Shown here: positions 25,959-35,422 of the stretch, piece by piece
Numbering within the stretch: the stretch's first letter is position 1
Layout: every line of letters starts with the position of its first letter
DNA from: a virus
IMG/VR virus record: IMGVR_UViG_3300027747_001183
DNA: 64,000 bases
Strand: one strand, 5' to 3'
Made by a program: the position numbers and the translations under genes
Notes under the pieces: generated by a model
The model's database searches: none
Told to the model about the DNA's origin: nothing
What the model saw: the letters and a program-made list of their open reading frames with translations, nothing else

Positions 25959-26192
25959 TTAGCTGTTATCTCCATTAAAAGCATTGGCATAATCGTTGAG
26001 TTGGGAAGGTGTCAAGCTAGCCAAGAAAGGATCAACCTTCTGAGGACGACGAACAGAAGATAGGCTAGCCCATGGGCTAACACGACGAACAGCATCCTGG
26101 ATATCTGCATCATTGCAGCCATCTGGCAAGCGAACTGTTACCGTACCACCAAAGTCTGCGTAACCCTTAGGCCAAACTTCCAGAAGAATCAT
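25959..26192 (-). CDS. Hypothetical early protein
   Basis: MILLEVWPKGY..., GGAG RBS behind promoter. Confidence 0.6.
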   Translation of the reverse strand: MILLEVWPKGYADFGGTVTVRLPDGCNDADIQDAVRRVSPWASLSSVRRPQKVDPFLASLTPSQLNDYANAFNGDNS

Positions 26193-26202
26193 TTGTATCT
26201 CT

Positions 26203-26274
26203 CCATTGCTTATATTATTAATATAGTCTTTTTTTGAAAAAATGTCAACAGAAAAATAAGCCATTGAAAAGATT
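26203..26274 (-). promoter_or_regulatory. Early promoter cassette with AATCTTTTCAATGGCTTA box
   Basis: GTTGACA..TATATTAATAATATAAGCAATGGAGA. Confidence 0.7.
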
Positions 26275-27043
26275 AAGCTTTTCCCCACATCACGACCTCG
26301 AACCGACCGTCCAGATGCTCGACCACAGCCGAGCAAGTCTCGACCCAGTCGCCGCAGTTAATGTAAGTAGTCCCCGAGATATCTCTAAGGTTAGGATGGT
26401 GGATATGACCACAAACAATGCCTTGTACGCCCTTAGATACTGCATAATTACTGAGATTCTCTTCATACTGACTTATAAAGTTCACTGCTTTCTTTACCTT
26501 GTACTTGGCCCACGCTGATAGCGACCAGTGAGGTAGATTGAGCAGGTTCCTGATCTTGACTACGGCTACATTGATATAGATGAGAAAGTCATATGCCCAA
26601 CTACCGAGATGTGCTAGCCACTTCATCTTGTTAATCACGACGTCAAACTGGTCGCCGTGCATTACTATGTACTTCTTGCCGTCCGGACCTAAGTGCACTA
26701 TAGTATCGGTAAGTGAGATGTTGCCGAACTCGTGGTCGCCGAACGACCTCAAGAACTCATCGTGGTTACCCGGAAGGTAGACTACTCGAGTACCCTTGCG
26801 AGCCCTTCTCAGGATCTTCTGTATAACGTCGTTGTGGTCCTGCGGCCAGTAGAAGCCAGAGTTGAGCGCCCAGCCGTCGACTATATCGCCGACTAGGTAT
26901 AGGTTATCACACTCGAATGTCTTGAAGAATTCTAAGAGAAAGTCGGCACGGCTCATTTTGGTACCGAGGTGCACGTCGGAGATGAATACGGAGCGGTACC
27001 TCAGTACCTGTTGCCGATCGTGTACTTCGTCACTAGGTTCCAC
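26273..27043 (-). CDS. Metallophosphoesterase, LpxH-like (UDP-2,3-diacylglucosamine hydrolase family)
   Basis: SDVHLG, GDIVDGW, PGNHD, HGD.FD, GHIH, NCGDWVE; start may instead be CTG at 27004. Confidence 0.85.
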   Translation of the reverse strand: MEPSDEVHDRQQVLRYRSVFISDVHLGTKMSRADFLLEFFKTFECDNLYLVGDIVDGWALNSGFYWPQDHNDVIQKILRRARKGTRVVYLPGNHDEFLRSFGDHEFGNISLTDTIVHLGPDGKKYIVMHGDQFDVVINKMKWLAHLGSWAYDFLIYINVAVVKIRNLLNLPHWSLSAWAKYKVKKAVNFISQYEENLSNYAVSKGVQGIVCGHIHHPNLRDISGTTYINCGDWVETCSAVVEHLDGRFEVVMWGKA

Positions 27044-27396
27044 TGAGACTTCTCTTTATAAGGAATGATCTTGACTTGATTGATAGGTGCTATTGGATCT
27101 TTGACCTGATCCTTGTCGACAATCTCTACGAGGTTCCACTCGTCCAGCAGCAGCACTATCTTGTTTCTTCTAGCAACGTCGCTCTCAGAGAAGTCTGCCT
27201 GCTTTCCATCGAGCATAAAGAGCTCTTTGAAGTGCACGATGTAGTACCTACCCTGCTTGTGCAGGATGTGGCAAGATTGATACAGCGTATTGTCTTTTTT
27301 GGAAGCTAGCCCTATGCGAGACAGTGTCTCTTTAACTTTTAGAAAATCTTCAGAGCTTCTAAGACGAACTTCCACCAGTTGACTTAGATTGAACAT
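27001..27396 (-). CDS. regA: Translational repressor RegA
   Basis: DFLKVKETLSRIG.AS, LYQSCHILHKQGRYYIVHFKELF.LDG. Confidence 0.96.
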   Translation of the reverse strand: MFNLSQLVEVRLRSSEDFLKVKETLSRIGLASKKDNTLYQSCHILHKQGRYYIVHFKELFMLDGKQADFSESDVARRNKIVLLLDEWNLVEIVDKDQVKDPIAPINQVKIIPYKEKSQWNLVTKYTIGNRY

Positions 27397-27781
27397 CAGT
27401 ACCGCCTTTTATTATTCTTGTTCTTATAAGGTCGATCTGCTCTTTAGTAAGGATCTTAGATAACTCCAGCGCTCTCGCATAATTTATCTTGTAGTATTCC
27501 TGTACACATTGAACGTCGGGATCCTCAACGTGCTTAGCCCACTTTGAGAACCTCTTTCCTTTTCTGACTATATTTATAAAATAGTCGTTTTGCAGTCGAT
27601 TTTCTAGCAAATGGTTAACGTTCATCTCGTTTGCGTGGTATATCGTCTCAGGAAAGTAGGAGAGAGCCTTGTTTGTAAGGAACGGGTTGTAAGACTTCTC
27701 CGCGAGCACAGGGTTGTCTGAGTCGCGGATCAAGTCTTTCTTCGTGGTATTGATTGCAGTGACAAAGTCAAAAGGGTTCAT
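27359..27781 (-). CDS. gp62: Clamp loader small subunit
   Basis: NPFDFV.AIN, YNPFL.NKALS, KRFSKW; position between gp44 and regA. Confidence 0.9.
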   Translation of the reverse strand: MNPFDFVTAINTTKKDLIRDSDNPVLAEKSYNPFLTNKALSYFPETIYHANEMNVNHLLENRLQNDYFINIVRKGKRFSKWAKHVEDPDVQCVQEYYKINYARALELSKILTKEQIDLIRTRIIKGGTDVQSKSTGGSSS

Positions 27782-28719
27782 TTGAACTCCACTGTCATCA
27801 TGACCTCAGTCAAGAAGGCTGCAAGGTTGACTTCTTGGTCGGCGACGAACGCTGCCTGATACTGGTAGCGAGCAAGCAGGATTACGAGGTCTGCAATAGA
27901 CCCAGCCTTCATGTACTCGTGTGCCGTATCGTAGAACTTACGAAACATCGAGGTAGAGTCCATGTCAGAGTTCTCACCGACCCACTTACGCATCTCAGTG
28001 AACTTCTTTTCTTTCAAGAGACCGATGAGGTTGCGGAAGTTATCCTCGCCGAGGTTGGCGAAGATGCCGGTATCGATGTGACCGTTTACGGAGTATCTCT
28101 GTAGTTCATTAAGTACCCGACGCCAATCAGGCACGTGACGCTGAATAAGCTCAGCAATAGTAGCTTTATCATATCCGATTCCCTCTGAGTTGAGGATCTT
28201 TAGAGTGCGCTTGAAGAACTCACCGGCGAGAAGCGGAAGAGAGCTCTTAGGGATCTTGAACTCTACGACAGAGCACCGAGAATGTAGTGGTTCGATAATT
28301 CTGTTCTTGAAGTTACAGGTAAGGATAAATCCGCAGTTCCTAGAATACTCTTCCATGAAGTTTCTAAGTGCGGGCTGGGTGGAATTGGCATTAAGGTAGT
28401 CAGCCTCATCGAGGATGACGTATTTGCGTCCACCAGTGAGAGAGACGCTTGAGGCGAACTGCTGTATATCGTTGCGAAGCGTGTCGATGTTTCCATTCAT
28501 ACTCCCGTTGATTACGATGTAGTCTGCACCGACCTGCTCGAGCATGGCTCGGGCCACCGTCGTCTTACCGACGCCGGGGCCACCAGTCAAGAGGAGGTTC
28601 GGGATCTCCTTCATGTCCACGAACTTCTGAAAGGTACTCTTTAGTTCTTCAGGAAGCACGCAGTCACTTATAGTCTTTGGGCGATACTTCTCCACCCACA
28701 AGAATTCATCACGAACCAT
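27778..28719 (-). CDS. gp44: Clamp loader large subunit
   Basis: WVEKYRP, GPGVGKT, DEAD, SRC. Confidence 0.96.
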   Translation of the reverse strand: MVRDEFLWVEKYRPKTISDCVLPEELKSTFQKFVDMKEIPNLLLTGGPGVGKTTVARAMLEQVGADYIVINGSMNGNIDTLRNDIQQFASSVSLTGGRKYVILDEADYLNANSTQPALRNFMEEYSRNCGFILTCNFKNRIIEPLHSRCSVVEFKIPKSSLPLLAGEFFKRTLKILNSEGIGYDKATIAELIQRHVPDWRRVLNELQRYSVNGHIDTGIFANLGEDNFRNLIGLLKEKKFTEMRKWVGENSDMDSTSMFRKFYDTAHEYMKAGSIADLVILLARYQYQAAFVADQEVNLAAFLTEVMMTVEFK

Positions 28720-28728
28720 TATATCACC

Positions 28729-29406
28729 TTAGTTGTTGAAAGTGCTGTTGGACTCAGTAGGCACGTAGTAGTTAATTGTACTCGACGTAAAGAGTGCGAG
28801 ACCCTTTGAAGAGATCTTGACGTTGTATCCAGTCGAGATCAGCTTCATGATGTTCTCAGCCTTGAACACCATGTTGAACGACTTGTCAGTCGTACCGACG
28901 TCTACCATGAAGGTATCGGCCGATGGGTTCTTTGAGTTGTCAGCGCATAGGCGGATGACGCTGCCGTCACCGACCACGGTGATCTCAGGGAGTTGAAGAA
29001 CGCCGGTAGCGCGTACTACTCGCTGCAGCTCTTCCTGAGTGATGTCGAACTCGATGTCAGGAGAAGGAAAGGTGATGTCCTTCTCAGGAGGAGTAACGAT
29101 CATCGATGGGTCTGCATACGTATAGAGCAGAGACTGCTTGCCTGAGCTGATCTTCATGTTCTTCTCGCCGAACTCGATCTCAGGGTCGCTGAAGAGCGAG
29201 AGAACGCCGAGGAACTTAGAGAGCTCATAGATGGCGAACTGTGAAGGAAAAGTCTCCTCTACAGTCACCTTAGCGAAGATCGTCTTCATCTCTGAGATTG
29301 TAGAGAGGACGCTTCCGGGCTTCACCAAGATCGACTTGTTGATAGTGGCGAAGTTCTTGAAGATTGCGATTGTATTTTCACTGATTTTCATAATGTATGT
29401 TTCCAA
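28729..29406 (-). CDS. gp45: Sliding clamp
   Basis: MKISENT..I.KNFATINKSI, FAIYELSKFL; synteny with gp44/62. Confidence 0.92.
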   Translation of the reverse strand: METYIMKISENTIAIFKNFATINKSILVKPGSVLSTISEMKTIFAKVTVEETFPSQFAIYELSKFLGVLSLFSDPEIEFGEKNMKISSGKQSLLYTYADPSMIVTPPEKDITFPSPDIEFDITQEELQRVVRATGVLQLPEITVVGDGSVIRLCADNSKNPSADTFMVDVGTTDKSFNMVFKAENIMKLISTGYNVKISSKGLALFTSSTINYYVPTESNSTFNN

Positions 29407-30387
29407 TTACTTCTTTTTCTTCATTGCTTCTAGCTGAGAAGGGTCTGCAGTAGCAGACGCGCCTATAGACGCGAGTGCAGCGAGCTTGCCGCCGAACGTA
29501 TAGAAGCCTGCATGCTGAAGGTGCATCCAAGGGCAGAGCCAGATCTTCATGCCGATCTTGCGGACCAGCTGACAGAACCAGTAGTCCTCAGAGAGGTAGC
29601 GCTCAGACGATGCATCCTGCTTAGCCTTAGCGTCTTCCATGATAGTCTTGATAGACGTCGGGTCGATGGTCTCACCGTTTGCGATGCGAGCAAGGATAGC
29701 CTCGTATTCCTTGGCTGGGTTGTAGCGGTCGACCTCAGCTTGGAAGTACTGGCCGATGCGACGAGTGCCGTCGAACTCAGCTGTACGAACGTGATCAGGC
29801 TTATACATGATCTCAGGGTATTCCTTCACGAAGTTCATAAATGTATCGCGACGAACCATCATGAAGCCGGTACCGAGTTCGAGAACTTCTGCAGGCTCGT
29901 CGAGCTTGATGCTCTTAGAAGACTCACCCGGTTCCATGACTGGGTTGAACACGAAGTCGCCGACGAAGTCTTCGAGGTTTGCTGGGTTCTCTTCAGCGAC
30001 GCCGCGGTCGACTGCCATCTTGATCTTTTCCCAAGTGATGCACTTCTTAGGATACGCACCGCCGATTACGTCGTACGGAGACTCTTCAGTCTGCAGGGCT
30101 AATAGAGCCAGTACGTCCTGAGGGTTGAAGCCGATGTCGGAATCGATGAATAATAGATGAGTATATCCTGAACGCAGGAATTCGTCAACACAATAGTTGC
30201 GAGCGCGAGTGATAAGTGACTCATTGAATAGGAAGTACGAGCGCATCTCGATGCCGTACTTCAAGCACATTGCAGTAAGGTCGCACATTGCTCGGGCATA
30301 CATGCCGTTACAAGCGCCGCCGTACATAGGAGTCGCTACGAAGAGCTTGTTCTTCTGCAGAGCCTCGATGTTGATTTGAATTTCCAT
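29407..30387 (-). CDS. GT-A fold glycosyltransferase (GT2-like)
   Basis: FVATPMYGG, ESLITRARN, HLLFIDSDI (DxD), GTGFMM, YLSEDY.FC. Confidence 0.8.
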   Translation of the reverse strand: MEIQINIEALQKNKLFVATPMYGGACNGMYARAMCDLTAMCLKYGIEMRSYFLFNESLITRARNYCVDEFLRSGYTHLLFIDSDIGFNPQDVLALLALQTEESPYDVIGGAYPKKCITWEKIKMAVDRGVAEENPANLEDFVGDFVFNPVMEPGESSKSIKLDEPAEVLELGTGFMMVRRDTFMNFVKEYPEIMYKPDHVRTAEFDGTRRIGQYFQAEVDRYNPAKEYEAILARIANGETIDPTSIKTIMEDAKAKQDASSERYLSEDYWFCQLVRKIGMKIWLCPWMHLQHAGFYTFGGKLAALASIGASATADPSQLEAMKKKK

Positions 30388-30391
30388 TGTA

Positions 30392-30580
30392 TTACCACCT
30401 TTCGTCGTCGATAATGATTGTTATTTTAATGAGACCTGCTCTTAGTACTGCGCTTAGTATTAGTCCAGGGTCGTGATCGCTTACAGTAGAATAGTCTAAA
30501 TAGAACCTCCACTTAAGTGGGTTCAGAAAAAGTGTAATGACGATGTCAGACTGTCTTAGATATGATAGGAACTTCTTCAC
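30392..30580 (-). CDS. Small hypothetical protein
   Basis: GTGA-coupled 62-aa ORF. Confidence 0.5.
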   Translation of the reverse strand: MKKFLSYLRQSDIVITLFLNPLKWRFYLDYSTVSDHDPGLILSAVLRAGLIKITIIIDDERW

Positions 30581-30897
30581 TTGTCGTCCTCAAACTGTTC
30601 ATCGTGTACGTAGAGCTGCATGACTGCGTAGTGAATGACCTTCATCATGTCCTTACGCCAGTCATCGGGACTGCCCTTACGGCCGTAGCGCTGGGCGTAC
30701 TTGAGTACGTTGCCAACGCAGAAGCCAGTGCCGTGACCGGAGTCGATGATGAACTCCGTGGCCTGAAACTTGTTCTTTGAGTAGTGCTCACCGTACGTAT
30801 TGTTAATATAATCTAAGATCTGATTAATGTACACATCTTCTTTGTACTTATACTTTGGCGCGTTCTGCTGGTCAACACCGAACTTAACAAAAGACAT
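30577..30897 (-). CDS. DUF3310 family protein (T7 gp1.7-like nucleotide kinase family)
   Basis: TY..HY, GFCVGNVLKYAQRYGRK, D..K..HY. Confidence 0.75.
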   Translation of the reverse strand: MSFVKFGVDQQNAPKYKYKEDVYINQILDYINNTYGEHYSKNKFQATEFIIDSGHGTGFCVGNVLKYAQRYGRKGSPDDWRKDMMKVIHYAVMQLYVHDEQFEDDK

Positions 30898-32096
30898 TAG
30901 AAGAACTCCTCGAGTGTTAGAGCTTTGGCTCCGGGTGTCTCGATCCTGTGATCGAAGTTGTACTGGAAAGTATACGTAGAGTTGATCATCGGTCTCTGCC
31001 CGTTGAGATAAGCGAGGACCTCAGTGGCCATGTCCTCTGCTGTCTGCACCGGTACGTTCTGACACATGTGATTGACGCTCTTCTCTGGATCTAGAAGCTC
31101 GAAGTTATCTGGGAGACCCATGATCGATAGGCCCTCGCGGTACGTGATATACCTGTCCTCGACTGGATGAGTCAGCGATGTTGGGTAGTGACCGACGAAA
31201 GCACCGATGTAGTCCTTAGGAATAACCGTGCCGCGGCGCATGATGTTGGCTCCTGTAGCCAGCTTATCGAACTTTCTCTTGCATCCGGCTACTTCTTTCT
31301 CATAGCCATGACGAGCCATCCACTCACCGACCTGCTCGTAGTTCCTACCCATCTTCTCTATGTATGAGAACGCATCATTGCCTCTAGCTCTCGATGGCTC
31401 AACGATCTTAGCGAACTCAGCGTGAGTTATCCCACCGTGAATGTCCTCGAGGATGTATCGGTAGTAGGGGTCCTGAGATGGAGTCTTCTTGTTGATGGGA
31501 TCCTGCAGGGTATTTCCCCTAGCATCTAAGATCGTCTGCTCGATTGACTTGTAAGGTCGATTGTACCAGCTGAGCTGGGGAGTCTCATCTCCCTCCCAGA
31601 AGAAGTAGAACGACCTCTCTCGAACTTGAGGGACGCCGTGGAGCATCGAGCGAGTGCGGTACACAGTCATTGAGTACTTGTTCTCTCTGGCTATGTCGTA
31701 CATCTGCGTCCTGATGTTCTCACCGATCTTGCCAGCAAATCCTGGAGCGTTCTCACCCCAGAAAACTTTTGGCTTGAGCTCACCGAGAACTAGCTTCGTG
31801 GTCTCGAGCATCCACTTGTTGTTTGGATTGTGATCACCGAAGCCGTGAGACATCTGAGATAGGCCGGCGCAGGGGCACACTGAGGCTATGACGTCAACTT
31901 TCTTCGGAGCAGATTGGTTCTTATCTAGAACGTAGTAGGGCACCTCGTTGTTGTAGTGATTAACGATGTGCCGGTCATTTGGCCAGAATGTCTCGTATGA
32001 TAGGAAGTACTCTGGTCTGGCACCGAACGCTCGCTCAGTGCCTATCGTCTCACCGCCTATAAGCGGGATGATAGATGCATGTGTAAAGGTCATCAC
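30897..32096 (-). CDS. C5 cytosine DNA methyltransferase-like protein
   Basis: Degenerate motif I IPLIGG, catalytic PC (VCPCAGLS), ENAP, HGVPQ.RER, R.IT.RE...IMG.P, QNVP. Confidence 0.8.
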   Translation of the reverse strand: MMTFTHASIIPLIGGETIGTERAFGARPEYFLSYETFWPNDRHIVNHYNNEVPYYVLDKNQSAPKKVDVIASVCPCAGLSQMSHGFGDHNPNNKWMLETTKLVLGELKPKVFWGENAPGFAGKIGENIRTQMYDIARENKYSMTVYRTRSMLHGVPQVRERSFYFFWEGDETPQLSWYNRPYKSIEQTILDARGNTLQDPINKKTPSQDPYYRYILEDIHGGITHAEFAKIVEPSRARGNDAFSYIEKMGRNYEQVGEWMARHGYEKEVAGCKRKFDKLATGANIMRRGTVIPKDYIGAFVGHYPTSLTHPVEDRYITYREGLSIMGLPDNFELLDPEKSVNHMCQNVPVQTAEDMATEVLAYLNGQRPMINSTYTFQYNFDHRIETPGAKALTLEEFF

Positions 32097-32942
32097 TTAC
32101 TCATTGTTAAATTTGACGTTCTGGGCTTTCTCGCGATCGTCCAGTTCAGTATATTTATTACGGATCTCTGAGTTCTTCTTAATAGCTTCCTGCAAAAGTG
32201 TGAATGGCTCATTAATTTTTTTAGAGTAGTGAAGTATAGCGCTGGTGTCTTTTGGAAAGCAAGCTCCACCGAATCCCTCCCTACCATCCGGACCCGGAAC
32301 TTGCATGTGAGTCATTCCAATTCTGGGATCAGCTGATAGGATCTTAGTGAAGTAGTCCCATGAGCAGTTGGCGTCGGTGCTGTCAAAGATCTGCTTGAAC
32401 TGGTTGAAGAAGAGGACCTTAGTAGCTAGGAAGGAGTTCATAGCGTACTTCACCAGAGATGCGGTGTAGATGTCGGTAGTGAATACCGGACACGGATTGC
32501 AGATGCTGTGGTCCTCATAGAGCTTCTTGCAGAACTCAACGTCTTTCTGCTTTCCTCCGAGAACGAGTGCGTGAGCGTTGACAAAGTCGTGCTTGGCCGT
32601 CCTCTCAGTTAAGAACTCTGGGTTGTACACCAGACGGTTGCACATTGCATCGAGCTTTCTTAGAACGTCAGGAGTTACCGTGCTCTTGATGATGACGACT
32701 GGGTCGTAGTCGTACTTTGAGATGTCATTGAGAACGCTCTCGATGATGCTCGAGTCAATTGAGCCGTCATCTCCCATCGGCGTCGGCACAGAGACGAAGA
32801 TGACATCGAGATTGAAGTCTCGCATCTCGTTTACTGTAAGAGAAGTATAAGCTGGATCTACTATGTACTTCTCAACTGAGTTAGTAAATCCAAAGTCAAC
32901 GGCTTTTCCGACGAAGCCGTACCCAACAATTCCTATCTTCAT
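32097..32942 (-). CDS. ugd: UDP-glucose/GDP-mannose 6-dehydrogenase (short form)
   Basis: IGIVGYGFVG, KSTV.P, NPEFL, K...NSFLATK, GFGGACFPKD catalytic Cys. Confidence 0.88.
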   Translation of the reverse strand: MKIGIVGYGFVGKAVDFGFTNSVEKYIVDPAYTSLTVNEMRDFNLDVIFVSVPTPMGDDGSIDSSIIESVLNDISKYDYDPVVIIKSTVTPDVLRKLDAMCNRLVYNPEFLTERTAKHDFVNAHALVLGGKQKDVEFCKKLYEDHSICNPCPVFTTDIYTASLVKYAMNSFLATKVLFFNQFKQIFDSTDANCSWDYFTKILSADPRIGMTHMQVPGPDGREGFGGACFPKDTSAILHYSKKINEPFTLLQEAIKKNSEIRNKYTELDDREKAQNVKFNNE

Positions 32943-33946
32943 CAGAACATCCTCTCGGTCCAAGTCTTGGGAGTCTTCTCGTTTTGTATCTCAATTGGCA
33001 GGTGGTAGTTGAAGTCCTTAGGACCTCGCATGCGAATGAAGTCGGCGGTGAGCTTAACGGCATCAGCTACCGTCGTAGTCGTCTCGTACTTGAGAAGCAG
33101 TCGAGCTTTATCACTCGAGCACACCGCGTGCTTTACTTCGCATGGCCGGCCCTCTTTGTAGTAGACCGGAGGTAAGTTGAGTCCGGTCTCGTTAGCGCAG
33201 AGCTTAGCCAGCTCATTGATAGTTATGAACTCCTCATCGGGGCCGATGTTGATGATCTCGCGGTTGATGCTGCGATCTAATCCCATCTTCTCTAAGCACG
33301 CGATGCAGTCGTCTACATATGAGAAGCACCGCGTCTGCTCACCATCGCCGTAGATGATCGATGGTAGCCCGCGCAGGTTTCGATTGAGCATGATCGACAT
33401 GACGTTGCGGAACGGGTCGTCGTACTTCTGGTTAGGACCAACGATGTTGTGGGGGACTGCGATGTTCCACTCAATGCCGTGCACTTCGCCCATCACTTTT
33501 AGAACCTCCTCAGCGGCGACTTTCGCGATGCCGTACGGATCTACTGGCATCGGCTTCATGTCCTCTGAGAACGGAGGTTGCTGCTCACCGTACCTAGCCA
33601 TCGACGTGCAGTTGACTATGCGCTTTACGCCAGCCGCTACTGCAGCTGAGAACGTAGCTACTGAGGCCTCGAAGATGTTGCTGGTAATGAAAGATGGAGA
33701 GAATACCGAGAGGCCCTCGTGGGCTGTTGCCGCGCAGTGGTATAGTAGGTCGTAGCCAGTGAGGGCGCGCTTCATCGCCTCTTGGTCCCTGCAGTCGATC
33801 GCGTCGAACTTAACGAATGAGTGCACGTTGTACTCATCGCCACCGACCATGCTGTCGTTGCCACCGACTTCGTGGCCGAGATCATGCATTCGCTTCGCGA
33901 TGTGCGATCCTAAGAATCCGGCTACGCCGGTCACATATACTTTCAT
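32942..33946 (-). CDS. NAD-dependent NDP-sugar epimerase/dehydratase (extended SDR)
   Basis: VTGVAGFLGS, HCAA, S...YG, YGIAK (YxxxK), GDGEQTRCFSYVDD. Confidence 0.9.
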   Translation of the reverse strand: MKVYVTGVAGFLGSHIAKRMHDLGHEVGGNDSMVGGDEYNVHSFVKFDAIDCRDQEAMKRALTGYDLLYHCAATAHEGLSVFSPSFITSNIFEASVATFSAAVAAGVKRIVNCTSMARYGEQQPPFSEDMKPMPVDPYGIAKVAAEEVLKVMGEVHGIEWNIAVPHNIVGPNQKYDDPFRNVMSIMLNRNLRGLPSIIYGDGEQTRCFSYVDDCIACLEKMGLDRSINREIINIGPDEEFITINELAKLCANETGLNLPPVYYKEGRPCEVKHAVCSSDKARLLLKYETTTTVADAVKLTADFIRMRGPKDFNYHLPIEIQNEKTPKTWTERMF

Positions 33947-35076
33947 TCCGAAACCCTCTTTATAAAGTCCTCTGCCGTCTCTTTGACGATCCACTCTTTT
34001 TCTTCTTGTAGAAGAGAAACCACTTTATTGAAATTATCATGATCTCTAATAAATGTCAACTTATCTATGAATTCCTCCCGATCTTTAAAGTACAAGACGT
34101 GATTTAAGTAGTCGCTCTTCATGAACGTCTTCTTATCATCTACTGTCTGGTCGATCAGCATAGCTTTAGAAACGGTGAGACCTTGCAAGAACCGGTGATT
34201 AATTCCGGTGTTGTTCTGCATGGCGTTTCCGATGACGAGAGATGCTATGTGGTCCTCGTATATCTTCGAGACGTTTTCGAGAGATACCCTGACGTTGCTG
34301 TTATCCCTGAACTTAGCGATCTTTCCATAGAAGTTAATGAGCCCGTCTTTCTCTGCTTTTGAGTTGAACAAGTTAAGCTCATTGAGTCTGCGATGGCGCG
34401 ATCGCTTGTTTGACCCGATGTAGCACACCGACTTCTTCAGCTCGCTGAATGATGGCTCAAAGAAGTTGTAGTAAGGCTCGCGTACATTGAATAGGTGCTC
34501 TCTCCAGGAGTCGATAAACTCGACTTCGTGGAACCTAGCGTGAATTGGATGATTGCGTATTGGATACGCTGAGCGCACGAAGAGGTTCTCTTTCTTCGTC
34601 TTGTATATGTTGTCCTCTAGCATGGACTTGGGGAAGTGCTTCTGCTTGTCCTCCATCGTCATCGGTGGAGAACCCATGTAAGTCAAGTTAGCAGTTAATA
34701 CGTAGAGCTTCTCGTAGAACTTCTTGATGTACTCACCTTTGGCCATCTCTGGGTCGCAGAAGAAGTAGCTTATCCTTCCCTTGAACTTACAGAGGGAGTT
34801 GATCGTGAAGATGTGGTACTTGTTGATCTCACCACCAAAGAAGTTCGGTTCCTCTCTGTTCATGAGAAGCTCGTCGAACTGGTCAACATCGACGTCGCGG
34901 TGGACTGTCCTGTACTTCTTACTTGAGATGTCGTCGTTCACTAAGATGTAGGGCTCATGTCCCTGCTTCTCAAGAGCTAGGTACACACCGCAGATCTCCT
35001 CCACGGTATTGTTTGTCGGCTTGTCGTCGATGATCTGTATGCCGACGTCGGTTAGGAATATGAGTATCTTAGCCAT
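33943..35076 (-). CDS. bgt: DNA beta-glucosyltransferase homologue (T4 Bgt-like, GT-B)
   Basis: DVDQFDEL...NFFGG..N...KFKGRISYFFCD and ASLVIG...N..I..R......AMLID...D.K...Y...R.E.ID align by eye with recalled T4 Bgt. Confidence 0.75.
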   Translation of the reverse strand: MAKILIFLTDVGIQIIDDKPTNNTVEEICGVYLALEKQGHEPYILVNDDISSKKYRTVHRDVDVDQFDELLMNREEPNFFGGEINKYHIFTINSLCKFKGRISYFFCDPEMAKGEYIKKFYEKLYVLTANLTYMGSPPMTMEDKQKHFPKSMLEDNIYKTKKENLFVRSAYPIRNHPIHARFHEVEFIDSWREHLFNVREPYYNFFEPSFSELKKSVCYIGSNKRSRHRRLNELNLFNSKAEKDGLINFYGKIAKFRDNSNVRVSLENVSKIYEDHIASLVIGNAMQNNTGINHRFLQGLTVSKAMLIDQTVDDKKTFMKSDYLNHVLYFKDREEFIDKLTFIRDHDNFNKVVSLLQEEKEWIVKETAEDFIKRVSE

Positions 35077-35422
35077 GTATGTAGTTCCTGCATAATTCGA
35101 GTTGCTCTAGCTCAAACTTAGGGTCGTTGAGCTTTCTATTTAGCCCGCTTGGATGTGGTAGTACGAAGTGATCGATGTTCAGCTTCTTGAGAGCGCTCGA
35201 CGGGAAGTTCCCGAGAGCAACTACTCTATCATATCCAGCTGCGCTCTTAGAGAGTCGATCGTAGTCGATGTCTGCTCTAGTGTAGGGTCCTGCTTCGGAG
35301 ATGCAGTTAGTAAATGATACGATTCCAGCTCCTATTCTATCGATCCAGAGTGGGAGCCTCCTCATAGTAGTATTTAGCTTTAAGTTCTTAGCAGAAGATG
35401 GATTGATCCCCACAATCAGCAC
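35069..35422 (-). CDS. Uracil-DNA glycosylase superfamily protein (small)
   Basis: LIVGINPS motif A, VVALG, LPHPSGLN motif B; start uncertain (35422 GTG or 35476). Confidence 0.7.
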   Translation of the reverse strand: MLIVGINPSSAKNLKLNTTMRRLPLWIDRIGAGIVSFTNCISEAGPYTRADIDYDRLSKSAAGYDRVVALGNFPSSALKKLNIDHFVLPHPSGLNRKLNDPKFELEQLELCRNYIHG

